DNA from: Longimicrobium sp.
GTDB taxonomy: Bacteria; Gemmatimonadota; Gemmatimonadetes; Longimicrobiales; Longimicrobiaceae
Direction: 5' to 3'
Assembly (NCBI RefSeq): GCF_036388275.1
Contig: NZ_DASVSF010000108.1
Span: forward strand, 13,626-77,625
DNA: 64,000 bases
Shown: piece after piece, positions 6,153 to 15,002 of the stretch
How positions within the stretch are numbered: position 1 is the stretch's first letter
Layout: each line of letters opens with the position of its first letter
Position numbers and translations under genes: made by a program
Notes under the pieces: model-generated
Told to the model about the DNA's origin: nothing
Seen by the model: the letters and a program-made list of their open reading frames with translations, nothing else
The model's database searches: none

Positions 6153-8789
6153 TCAAGGTCTGCGGGGTGTGGCCGCGCCTTCCCGGGCGCCCAGCGCCAG
6201 CAGGTTGGCGAACAGGCGATAGGCGCCGGGCACGCCCTCCGGAAACTGGCGGAAGAACGCCAGCCCCGTGTACACGTACGTTCCCTGCCCGTGCCGCGCC
6301 ACCAGCAGCCCGCCGCGCAGCGCATCGCCGGGGTCGCCCATCTCCAGCACGGGCGTGTACGCCGGGTCCCACGTCTGGGCGAAGTACAGCCCGCGCTCCT
6401 GCACCCATCCCTCCCAGTCCGCCGGCCCGATGCGGTTGGGCGCGGTCAGCACGGGATGCGCGGGGTCGATGGTGCGCACCGGCGAGGCCTCGTCCGTCAC
6501 CCGGCCGTGCGGGCGCGCCATGGTGATGGGGTACGGCGTAAACCGCCCCTCCACGATCTCGTACTTGTTGTACTGCACGATCATCGTGCCGCCGCGCGCA
6601 AGCCAGTCCAGCAGACGCTGGTTGTGCGCCATCAGGTCCGTGCGCACCTCGTACGCGCGGCTGCCGGCCACGATCACGTCGAAGCGCGACAGGTCTCCCT
6701 CGGCCAGGTCGTCCGCATCCAGCAGCTCGGGGGTGATGCCCAGGTTCTGCAGGAACCGCGGCCCCTCCTCGCCCGCGCCCTCGATGTAGGCCACGCGCAG
6801 CCCCGCGGGCACGCGCACGTCGAACGCCCGCACGCGCGACGTGGCGGCGTGGTACAGCGGCCGGGCGCGCACGTGCGGATAGTCGATCATCTGCACGCCG
6901 CGGGTGAAGCGGCGCCCGTCCTCCGCCTGGAAGACGGCGGCGACCGGATAGTCTCCCGCCACCGTGCCCGCGGGCGTGTGGATGGTGAAGCGCACCTCGC
7001 GCACCTCGCCCGGCCGGGTGAAGCGCACCGGCACGGCGCCCTCGCGAATCCTCCAGCCCTCGGGAACGTCCAGCCGCAGCGTGCCGCTGATCCCCGCCGG
7101 CGCCTCGGACGCGAGCCGCACCGTGTACTCCAGCGGCCGGCCCGATGCGGTCGACAGCACGCGCGCCGGCGGATCGAGAAGCACCGACACGGCGGGCACC
7201 ATCATCACCGGCCGCCGCAGCTCGCCCTGGCGCGGATCGACCTCGCGGAACGTGGCGTCCGCCACGGTTTCCATCGCCGCGTCCGCGCCCCGCGCGCCCA
7301 TGACGACTTCGGCGCGCGCCCGCACCGGGGCGTGCTCGAAGGGATGGGCGAGCGCGGAGTCGTTCCGCGGCCAGCGGTACAGGTCGCCTTCCAGCGGCTG
7401 GCGCAGGAAGTACGGCTCGGTGAGCGCCGCGTCCGCCGGCACCGTCACACGGAAACGGCGGACGTACAGCTCGCCCGGGGCGATGACGGATCCCGCGGGA
7501 CGCGAGGCGGAGTCCACCGGCGCGGCGTTCCACCCCGCTGGAAGCTCCGGCTGCAGGACGCGGACGCTGAGGGGGCCCGGGCCGCCATTCCACACCGTCA
7601 GGTCCAGCGTGAACGCCTCGCCCGGGGCGATGCGTGCGTCGCTCGCCACCGCATCCACCACCACACCCGCCGCCTGCATGGCCGCGGCCTGGGCCTGGCG
7701 GATCTCTTCGTCGATGGCGAACACCAGGTCCGCCGTGCCGTTGCTCGCCGGGATGGCCGCGCGCGCCTGCCGGAGCGTGACGAGCGCGTCCGCGAGGCCG
7801 GCGGCCAAGGCAGACGGCTCCAGCGGGTTGAACCGCGCCCGCAGCGCCTCCACCGACTGGTGATAGCGCAGCAGCCCGCGCGCGGCGGCGGACTCGGGAC
7901 GCTCGCTGGGGGCGAAGGTGGTGTCGATGCCCGCCCAGATGGACGGCTCCGGCCCGGCGCCCTCGGGAAAGACGCGGCGCAGGTAGTTGGTGCGGGCACC
8001 CGGCAGTTCCGGCGCGCCCATGTCCTGCGAGCGGTGGCGCGAACGGCTGGCCATGGCCTGCTGAAAGGGCGACCGGCCGATCAGCGGGTCCAACTCCCCG
8101 ACGCGCACCTGCACCGTGGCGCCGTCCGCACGCCCGCGCAGCGACTGGTACAGCTTGGCCGCGTGATGCGGGCGCAGCCCCTGGGCGATCTGCTCGGGAA
8201 AGCGCGCGGGATCGCCCGCGGCGGTGAACGCGTCGTGCGCCACCATGGCCGACACCTGGTGCTGCCCGTGGCCGTCGCGCGGCGTTCCGCTGAACACGGT
8301 GACGATGACGTCGGGCCGGTACTGGCGGATCACCCGCACCACGTCGCGCAGCAGCTCCTCGCGCGGCCAGTGGCGAAAGGCCTCGTCGGCCGACTTGCTG
8401 AAGCCGAAGTCGTACGCGCGGCTGAAGAACTGCTCCGCGCCGTCCACGCGGCGGGCGGCCAGCAGCTCTTCGGTGCGCAGCAGCCCCAGCCCCGCGCCCA
8501 GCTCCGGCCCGATGCCGTTCTGCCCGCCCTCGCCGCGCGTCAGCGACAGGTACGCGACGTCGGCGCCTTCCTGCAGCGCCAAGCGGGCCAGGAGCTGGGT
8601 GTCTTCGTCGTCGGGGTGCGCGCCCACCATCAGCACGCGCTTGCTGACGCCCAGGCGGCGCAGCGAAAGCCCCAGCGCCGCGGCTCCGCGGTACTCGGAG
8701 CCGGCGTCCTGCGCGGGGGCGGGACGGGGCGCGGCCGCCAGCGTGACGGCCGCGGCAAGGATCGCGACGGGAATGCGGCGTCTCATCAT
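6153..8789 (-). CDS. Large secreted PIG-L/LmbE-family deacetylase domain protein
   Basis: Signal peptide MMRRRIPVAILAAAVTLAAAPRPAPAQ, then VLMVGAHPDDEDTQLL (AHPDDE PIG-L motif). 878 aa. Stop is 8 nt from the map start. Confidence 0.8.
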   Translation of the reverse strand: MMRRRIPVAILAAAVTLAAAPRPAPAQDAGSEYRGAAALGLSLRRLGVSKRVLMVGAHPDDEDTQLLARLALQEGADVAYLSLTRGEGGQNGIGPELGAGLGLLRTEELLAARRVDGAEQFFSRAYDFGFSKSADEAFRHWPREELLRDVVRVIRQYRPDVIVTVFSGTPRDGHGQHQVSAMVAHDAFTAAGDPARFPEQIAQGLRPHHAAKLYQSLRGRADGATVQVRVGELDPLIGRSPFQQAMASRSRHRSQDMGAPELPGARTNYLRRVFPEGAGPEPSIWAGIDTTFAPSERPESAAARGLLRYHQSVEALRARFNPLEPSALAAGLADALVTLRQARAAIPASNGTADLVFAIDEEIRQAQAAAMQAAGVVVDAVASDARIAPGEAFTLDLTVWNGGPGPLSVRVLQPELPAGWNAAPVDSASRPAGSVIAPGELYVRRFRVTVPADAALTEPYFLRQPLEGDLYRWPRNDSALAHPFEHAPVRARAEVVMGARGADAAMETVADATFREVDPRQGELRRPVMMVPAVSVLLDPPARVLSTASGRPLEYTVRLASEAPAGISGTLRLDVPEGWRIREGAVPVRFTRPGEVREVRFTIHTPAGTVAGDYPVAAVFQAEDGRRFTRGVQMIDYPHVRARPLYHAATSRVRAFDVRVPAGLRVAYIEGAGEEGPRFLQNLGITPELLDADDLAEGDLSRFDVIVAGSRAYEVRTDLMAHNQRLLDWLARGGTMIVQYNKYEIVEGRFTPYPITMARPHGRVTDEASPVRTIDPAHPVLTAPNRIGPADWEGWVQERGLYFAQTWDPAYTPVLEMGDPGDALRGGLLVARHGQGTYVYTGLAFFRQFPEGVPGAYRLFANLLALGAREGAATPRRP

Positions 8790-8919
8790 TCCGCAAAGCT
8801 ACGGCAGGGCCACGGGTGGCACAACTTGGCCGGGCGTGTGTCAGCCCGGCGGGCGCTCGCACGTTCTCCACCTCGAAGCAGAAGCCGACCCTCGGACACG
8901 ACCAGACACATCGCGCACC

Positions 8920-9348
8920 ATGAAACGAATCGCCCTGCTTGCCGCCGCGCTCCTGCTCGCCTCATGTGAGAGCGACGCCACGCTCGTTTCCGATGAGCAG
9001 CTGACCTTCACCGCCTCCGTCGCGCCGTCGGCGGCCGAGCCGGTGGTGCCGCAGGTGATGAGTGACGGCGGCACCATCCGCGTGAACGGCCTCTTCACCT
9101 TTCCATGCACGACGGGCACGCTGCAGGGTTCCCTCCAGGGCGCCGGGCGCGAGCTGACGCTGAGGGTGGAGGGCCAGGAGCCGACCGGCTGCTTCACCGC
9201 GTTGAGCACCCAGGCGTACCAGGGCGTGATCACAGGGCTCGACCCGGGGGTGTACCACGTCCGCGTGATCCACAACGGTGAGGCGGTTCGGCAGGACGGC
9301 GTGGTGTTTGAGGGGCACGTGCGGGTGCGGGGATCGAACCTGCGCTGA
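8920..9348 (+). CDS. Hypothetical lipoprotein (142 aa)
   Basis: Internal ATG of ORF 8224..9348: MKRIALLAAALLLASCESD (lipobox LASC). No recognisable domain. Confidence 0.6.
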   Translation: MKRIALLAAALLLASCESDATLVSDEQLTFTASVAPSAAEPVVPQVMSDGGTIRVNGLFTFPCTTGTLQGSLQGAGRELTLRVEGQEPTGCFTALSTQAYQGVITGLDPGVYHVRVIHNGEAVRQDGVVFEGHVRVRGSNLR

Positions 9349-9508
9349 GCCCACACGCAGCCTGGGTCATCCATCGAGAGGCGTCCCCGGACCGGGGGCG
9401 CCTCGCTCGATTCAGGCACTCCTCCGAACACAAGTGTTCCCCTTTCCCGTCACGGCCATTACAATAGAGAAATCTCCGCTGCATCTGCCCTCCAGCGCCA
9501 TCCCGCCA

Positions 9509-10621
9509 ATGCCGACCAACACCGGGCCTTCCGCGCCCACACTCCAGGACCAGCTCGTCGACGAATCGTGCTCCATGGTCCGCCACCTGGTGGGCAAGGG
9601 AATGCGCGCACCCGCCGCCCTGGTGCAGGCCGCGGCGGGTTACGAGTCGGCGCGCAACGTCGGCCAGCCGATCGACTTGGCCGCGCTCGCGACCATCCAC
9701 GAGCGGCTGGCCAAGCTGGTGGCTCCCGCGAGCCCGTCCACGCTCTACCTGCTGGACCGCAGCCACCAGGCGCCCAGCCGGCTCGGATCGCTGGGCCCGG
9801 TTTCCGTCGTCCGGCAGCTGGTGTTGTTCTCGATGGGTTGCGTGCTGGCCTTCATCGTGTTCAGCATCTACCACCTGATCGTGGTCAGCCCTGGCGGCGG
9901 CGAGGCGCAGATGTCGCAAGTCGCGCATGCATTCGTCGAGAACGTCTACTGGCTGGCCGCCGCCGGCGTCGGAGCTTCATTCGCCGTGCTCTTCCAGATC
10001 AACGAAACCATCTCGAAGGGCACGTTCGATCCGGACGATGCGCCGGCGTACTGGATCAAGGTGTTCCTGGGCGTGGTCGCGGGATTCATCCTGGTCGCGA
10101 TGGTGCCGACGGAGGGGATCGACAGCGCGGATGCGCAGGTCCTGGCGAAGCCGACCATCGCGCTGCTGGGCGGGTTCTCGGCCCAGGCGGTGTATCGGAT
10201 TCTGAACCGGTTGGTGGAGACGCTGGAAGACCTGTTCAGCGGCGGGCAGAAGGAGCAGGCGGCCATCCGCGAGCAGGCCGTGGCGGCCCGGGCGCAGGAA
10301 GACGCGGTGCAGGCGCGGCTGGTCGTGGCGGGCAAGCTGGTGCAGCTCCAGGAGCAGATCGCGGCGGGCGCCGATGTGAAGCAGCAGGTGCAGGACCTGA
10401 TCCGCAGCTTGGTTCCCGAGAGCGGCGCGCAGGACACGCCTGCCCCCGCCCCCGCGAGCCCGGCCGTGGCGCCGGCCGAGCCGGACGTACCGGAGGTGCC
10501 CGCTGACGCCATCATCGCAACCGGCGTTCCCGTGGCTCCCGTGGTCATCGTCTCGGGCTCGGCGGACGAGGCGCCGCCGCAGGACGCGTCGACCGCGCAA
10601 GTCGAGGCTGCGAAGGGCTGA
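9509..10621 (+). CDS. Hypothetical membrane protein with C-terminal coiled-coil/Ala-Pro-rich tail
   Basis: First ATG after the upstream gene's stop. Hydrophobic segments LVLFSMGCVLAFIVFSIYHLIVV, VYWLAAAGVGASFAVLF, VFLGVVAGFILVAMV. Q/A-rich heptad-like region. Start uncertain. Confidence 0.55.
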   Translation: MPTNTGPSAPTLQDQLVDESCSMVRHLVGKGMRAPAALVQAAAGYESARNVGQPIDLAALATIHERLAKLVAPASPSTLYLLDRSHQAPSRLGSLGPVSVVRQLVLFSMGCVLAFIVFSIYHLIVVSPGGGEAQMSQVAHAFVENVYWLAAAGVGASFAVLFQINETISKGTFDPDDAPAYWIKVFLGVVAGFILVAMVPTEGIDSADAQVLAKPTIALLGGFSAQAVYRILNRLVETLEDLFSGGQKEQAAIREQAVAARAQEDAVQARLVVAGKLVQLQEQIAAGADVKQQVQDLIRSLVPESGAQDTPAPAPASPAVAPAEPDVPEVPADAIIATGVPVAPVVIVSGSADEAPPQDASTAQVEAAKG

Positions 10622-10636
10622 GCTGGCCCAGGCCCT

Positions 10637-10885
10637 GCTGGGGCGACTGAAGTCGCGGCAACGACGGCCCAAAGTCCGCCTTCGCGGACTGCACGCACGC
10701 CCGAGTGCACCAGGCCAGCCGGGGCGCAGTTCAGGTCTCCCCCTCCCCTGCGAAGCGGGGGATGGGGGCCGGGGGGAGGGGGCTCCCAGAGGCATGCACC
10801 GAACCTCGTCGAACCCCGATCGAAGTTCCCCCCTCTCCGCACAGCAGTACCGTGCGGGGAGGGGCCGGGGGAGGGGCCCCCAACG
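10637..10885. repeat. Fam-C variant plus two Fam-D hairpins
   Basis: gggcgactgaagtcgcggcaacgacggcccaaagtccgccttcgcggactg (compare 48035-48100, inverted), then ctccccctcccctgcgaagcgggggatggggg and cccccctctccgcacagcagtaccgtgcggggagggg. Confidence 0.7.
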
Positions 10886-10888
10886 AAG

Positions 10889-10927
10889 AAGCGCGCCGAA
10901 ACCTGGATACAGGTCCGGCGCGCTTTC
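10889..10927 (-). terminator. Hairpin terminator downstream of the TrmH-family gene
   Basis: AGCGCGCCG-N17-CGGCGCGCT, followed on the minus strand by tcttcgtt. Confidence 0.5.
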
Positions 10928-10943
10928 ATGTCTCTGCTTATTT

Positions 10944-11858
10944 CTATTCGCCGTCCACCGGCGGAGGCGCCGAGCGGAAGTCGCGGGGCTCGGCCTCGGG
11001 TGGCAGACCGCCGATGCGGCGGACGTACTTCACCACCTCGATGAAGATCGCGCGGAGAAAGCCCGCCTCGCGCATGTCGGGGTCGGCACGGCGCACCAGC
11101 TCGCGGAGGGTCCTCATCACCGTTTCCGTCTGCCGCGCCTTGAAGAAGTCCACCGCCCACAGCGCGCGCTCCGTGTCGTCGAACAGGCGCTCCAGGGCGG
11201 CCACGTCCGCCGGGGGAGCGTCACCGCGGCGGGGGGCGCGGAACGCCTGGTCGGCGCCCTCGGCCTCCATCCACATCTCGTACGCCATCACCAGCACCGC
11301 CTGCGCCAGGTTCAGCGACGAGTGCTCGGAGGTGGGGATGATGCAGGTGCGGTGGCACATGTCCAGCGCCTCGTTGCTCAGCCCGTGGTCCTCGCGCCCG
11401 TACAGCAGCGCCACGGGCCCGCCCTCCCCCGCCACCGACTGGCGCGCGCGCACCAGCAGCTCCGGCGCGATCTCGCGCGGGCGGGTGACGGCGCGCTTGG
11501 CCCGGCGCGAGCGGGCCGTCATCCCGATCACGTACGAGCAGTCGCCCAGCGCGCTTTCCAGCGAGTCGTGGATCTCCGTGCGCTCCACCAGGTCGTGGGT
11601 GCCGTGGGCGATCCCCTCGATGCGCCACGGGTCCCACAGCGCCGGCTGGATGAGCCGCAGCCGCGAAAGGCCGAAATTCTTCATCGCGCGGATGGTTCCC
11701 GCGATGTTCACGTAGTCCTGTGTCTGCCACAGGACCACCACCACCCCCTCCAGCGACGCGCGCCCCGCCGCCTGCTCCCGCCCGTCCGTCTCGCTCACGG
11801 TCTGCTTTTCCGCTCGGTTTCCGATGCTTGGCCCGCCGGTAGCATACGCCGTGCGCAC
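10944..11858 (-). CDS. SpoU/TrmH-family RNA 2'-O-methyltransferase (TrmJ-like)
   Basis: VVVLWQTQDYVNIAGTIRAMKNFG...LLYGREDHGLSNEAL...IPTSEHSSLNLAQAVLVMAYE, the classic SPOUT motifs. The true start may be an internal GTG. Confidence 0.85.
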   Translation of the reverse strand: MRTAYATGGPSIGNRAEKQTVSETDGREQAAGRASLEGVVVVLWQTQDYVNIAGTIRAMKNFGLSRLRLIQPALWDPWRIEGIAHGTHDLVERTEIHDSLESALGDCSYVIGMTARSRRAKRAVTRPREIAPELLVRARQSVAGEGGPVALLYGREDHGLSNEALDMCHRTCIIPTSEHSSLNLAQAVLVMAYEMWMEAEGADQAFRAPRRGDAPPADVAALERLFDDTERALWAVDFFKARQTETVMRTLRELVRRADPDMREAGFLRAIFIEVVKYVRRIGGLPPEAEPRDFRSAPPPVDGE

Positions 11859-11888
11859 CCCTCGCGGAAGACGGCTGCGGCGTTCCGA

Positions 11889-12386
11889 TCAGGAGCCTTC
11901 GGGCTTTGCGTCGATGGCCACGCGCGCGCTGTCCAGCGGAATGGGAACCACCCACTGGCGCTTTCCAGCCGGGTCGGACAGGTAGGCGTAGACGGTGCGC
12001 CGCTGCGTGGGCTCCAGCGTGACCTCCGCGCGGAAGCTGCCGCCGGTGACGGGAACGTCGACAGGGCCGTAGAGCACGTCGTGCCCATCCTCCACCGTCA
12101 GCTGCACCGTCGTAGCCCCGCGCGTGCGGCCATCGATCGTGTAGCGCCGCTCGCCGAGCTTCGTCACCGTCCCGGTGAGGTCCGCGTCCGCGGACGGCGC
12201 GCTCGTGCGCGCGGCGGTGTCCGCCGGGGGCGCGGGGGCGGCCGGGGCCGTGTCGCGCGGAACGGAATCGGCCGCTGCGATGGTGGTGGAATCGGCCGAT
12301 GCGGGGCGGCCGGCCCCGCCGTCGTCCTGGCAGGCGGCCAGGGAGAGCAGCGCGGCGGCGGAGAGGCGAAGGTGGATCCGGTTCAT
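11889..12386 (-). CDS. Hypothetical lipoprotein (165 aa)
   Basis: Internal ATG at 12386 of ORF 11889..14579: MNRIHLRLSAAALLSLAACQDD (lipobox), followed by an Ala/Pro linker and a beta-rich domain. Confidence 0.6.
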   Translation of the reverse strand: MNRIHLRLSAAALLSLAACQDDGGAGRPASADSTTIAAADSVPRDTAPAAPAPPADTAARTSAPSADADLTGTVTKLGERRYTIDGRTRGATTVQLTVEDGHDVLYGPVDVPVTGGSFRAEVTLEPTQRRTVYAYLSDPAGKRQWVVPIPLDSARVAIDAKPEGS

Positions 12387-12406
12387 GTGCGGTGCAGGAA
12401 AGTGAG

Positions 12407-14263
12407 TCACGCGGCGGCGGGCCGGGGCGCCGCCGGCTTTGCATCGCGCTCGGCCGCGGCGTCGGCGTCGGCCTGGTACCGTTCGCCGTGGCCGGCCAGG
12501 GCGAAGTAGCAGACCATCGCCAGCCCGAAGATGGCGGCCAGCGTGAACTTGATGGCGGTCGGCAGGGGCGAGGTGCTGATGAACCCCTCGATCAGCCCGG
12601 CGATGATCAGCATGACGGCGGTTCCGCCGATCAGCGACACGGCCTCGCGCGCGCGCCGCTGCAGCACCTCGCGCCGCGTGAGGCGGCCGGGGAACAGGAT
12701 GGCGGAGCCCAGCCACAGCCCGGCACCGCCCGCGATGCAGATGGCGGTGATCTCGATCACCCCGTGGCCCGCGACGAAGGTCCACAGATGAAGGCTTTGC
12801 CCCTGGTTCGCGAACAGCCCGGCCACCGAGCCCAGGTGAAGCCCGTTGAACACCAGGATCAGCACCGTTCCCGCCCCGGCCAGGATGCCCCCCGCGAAGG
12901 CCGTGAACGTAACCCCCACGTTGTTGCTGATCAGGCTGCTCGCCATCCCGGGCATCTCCACCTCGGTGACGTCGTAGTACCCCTCGCCCCGCGCCTCCTT
13001 GGCCGCCGCGTTCTCGGCCCGGGCGATCATCTCGGCGGGGATCATCTCGCGCGCCAGCGTGGGCTGCGTGCGGATGGCGGCGAAGCTGAGCACGGCGGGC
13101 ACGTAGAACAGCGCCAGCGCCACGGTGATGGGCCGCCACAGCCGGCGGGCCAGCGCGGCGAACCCGCCGGCCAGGAACACCCGGAAGCGGCGCCACGAGC
13201 GCACGGGCGGGCGGTAGAACAGGTTGTGGCCGCTGCCCACGATGCGCTCCAGCGAGTACAGCAGCTCCTGCGAGCCGCCGTAGGTGCGGGCGCGCGCCAG
13301 GTCTGCCGCCACGCCGCGGTACAGGGTGGCGAAGCGCGACACGCGGGTTTCGCCCAGCTTGTCGAGACCCTGCTTGCGCGCCATCTCCAGCATCTTCTGG
13401 TACTCGTTCCACTCTTCCCGCTGCCGCCGCACGAGGGCCGTGGCCTGCGCCGTCCCCGCGCGCCCCCCGGCGCCCGAGGCCTGCCGCCGCGCCGTCTCGT
13501 CCGCGTGGAGCGTGCACAGGTACGCGTCGGGGCTCACCTGCATCCGGCGCGGGTCGTCGGCCACGTGATGCTCCACGCGCGCCATCAGCTTGCGCGACAG
13601 CTCGGCGCGCACGTGCCCGTCCAGTGAAAGCCGGCGCGAGACGAACATCGACACGGCCGCGAACTCGTCGTCGGCCAGCCGCGGGCGCCCCAGGCTGGGC
13701 GCGTCGGCGGCGGCGGGGTTGTCTTCGGGGATGGGCTGCCCGGTGCGGTCGCGCACCACGACCGTTCCCGCCGCCATGTCGCCCAAGCGCTTGGTCTGTG
13801 GATGAAGCATCATCGAAAGGCCGCCGATGGCGCACGAGCCCACAGGCTGGATGTCGACGCCCAGCTTCACCAGGTTGCGGATGGCGGAGGCGCGCACCGT
13901 GACGGGATACCCGCCGTCGTGCACCACGCGGATGCCCATCCACTTCTTGCCCAGCGTCTGCCCGTCGCGAAGGCCTTCCAGCAGCGCGAAATATCCCCAG
14001 AAGAACACGAAGCCCAGGAACAGGTAGATGCCCCATCCCACCCCGCCCAGCATGTTCTTGCCTCCCACCATCCACACGAAGAAGGCGGCGGTGGCCAGGA
14101 ACGCCAGGTTGGTGAACACCACGATCAGCAGGTCCAGGAGCAGCGCGGTGAAGCGCGAGCCCAGGTCGGCCAATTCGTAGCCGATGGCCACGTGCTCGGG
14201 CGTTTCGACGTCCACCTGCCGGTCGGCGAGGACGTGCGCGGGTGCGGGAGGTGCCTGGACCAT
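12407..14263 (-). CDS. RDD-domain / SpoIIM (DUF95)-like fusion membrane protein
   Basis: From the ATG at 14263. N-terminal RDD-type region (FTALLLDLLIVVF...EGLRDGQTLGKKWMGIRVV). C-terminal SpoIIM-like region (NNVGVTFTAFAGGILAGAGTVLILVFNGLHLG...GHGVIEITAICIAGGAG...LIEGFIS). Confidence 0.75.
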   Translation of the reverse strand: MVQAPPAPAHVLADRQVDVETPEHVAIGYELADLGSRFTALLLDLLIVVFTNLAFLATAAFFVWMVGGKNMLGGVGWGIYLFLGFVFFWGYFALLEGLRDGQTLGKKWMGIRVVHDGGYPVTVRASAIRNLVKLGVDIQPVGSCAIGGLSMMLHPQTKRLGDMAAGTVVVRDRTGQPIPEDNPAAADAPSLGRPRLADDEFAAVSMFVSRRLSLDGHVRAELSRKLMARVEHHVADDPRRMQVSPDAYLCTLHADETARRQASGAGGRAGTAQATALVRRQREEWNEYQKMLEMARKQGLDKLGETRVSRFATLYRGVAADLARARTYGGSQELLYSLERIVGSGHNLFYRPPVRSWRRFRVFLAGGFAALARRLWRPITVALALFYVPAVLSFAAIRTQPTLAREMIPAEMIARAENAAAKEARGEGYYDVTEVEMPGMASSLISNNVGVTFTAFAGGILAGAGTVLILVFNGLHLGSVAGLFANQGQSLHLWTFVAGHGVIEITAICIAGGAGLWLGSAILFPGRLTRREVLQRRAREAVSLIGGTAVMLIIAGLIEGFISTSPLPTAIKFTLAAIFGLAMVCYFALAGHGERYQADADAAAERDAKPAAPRPAAA

Positions 14264-14421
14264 CGGCGTTCGGGAAACCGGGGGGATGGATCGCGGGAGT
14301 GCGCGATGCGGCGCGCGGAGAATGTAAGAGCGATCCGAGCATGACGCGAGCGGGAGTAGATGAATCTGCCGCAACAACAGCGGAAAGCCTACACACACAC
14401 CTCAGCGGCCGACGAGCGCCC

Positions 14422-14886
14422 ATGTCATCCCGATGGAGCGGCCCCGGCGAACCCTCCAACGCACCGCAATCGGCAGCGACTGAGGGATCCGCCACACACC
14501 TGCGGACGTGCACCGGCGCATCCCGCACACCATTCCCTGGTCGAGAGACCCGGACGTGCCACCCGGACCTCCTCCACACCCAAGCAAGCCAGTCCGCGCA
14601 GGCGGACTTCGTGTGGTCGTTGCAGCGAATTCATTCGCCCGTGCCGGGGCCGGCGCCAGGGCGGTGGCAGGGCGCGAAGGCCGGCGTGGCAGCCGAGGGC
14701 CGAGAACGAGGGGGGAGTTGGGCCTCGAATCCAGGGGCGGGTGAACCCCGATCGGGCAGGAAAGAGTCAGGGTTCCGGTGGGTCCGCGGGTGCGGGGCGC
14801 CTCGCGGAGTGTGTGGCGGATCCCTCAGTCGCTGCCGTCCACGGCGTTCGGGTACGCTCGGTGTGGCCGCTCCATCGGGATGACAT
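14422..14886. repeat. Inverted pair of Fam-A repeats (14422-14496 forward, 14810-14886 reverse) enclosing a Fam-C copy (about 14585-14645); MITE-like architecture
   Basis: gtcatcccgatggagcggcc...ggcagcgactgagggatccgccacaca, and its reverse complement tgtgtggcggatccctcagtcgctgcc...ggccgctccatcgggatgac. Confidence 0.8.
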
Positions 14887-14926
14887 CGTGCGGCTTCGGC
14901 AGGTGCCACGCCGTTGGTGCGACAAC

Positions 14927-14958
14927 GAAAAGGGCCCCTCTCGCGAGGGGCCCTTTTC
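14927..14958. terminator. Perfect 14-bp-stem bidirectional terminator downstream of the S8 peptidase gene
   Basis: GAAAAGGGCCCCTC-tcgc-GAGGGGCCCTTTTC, with A-tract and T-tract arms. Confidence 0.8.
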
Positions 14959-15002
14959 GTGTGAGGCGCCGGGTTGGCCCCGGCGCGCTCCGCTTGCCTG
15001 GG

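Noticed and set aside
6109-8969. 920-aa (minus) and 943-aa (plus) ORFs overlapping the PIG-L gene
   Set aside because: Both are alternative-frame or antisense shadows rich in R/A/G/P. Only the 6153..8789 frame shows a signal peptide and the AHPDDE motif.
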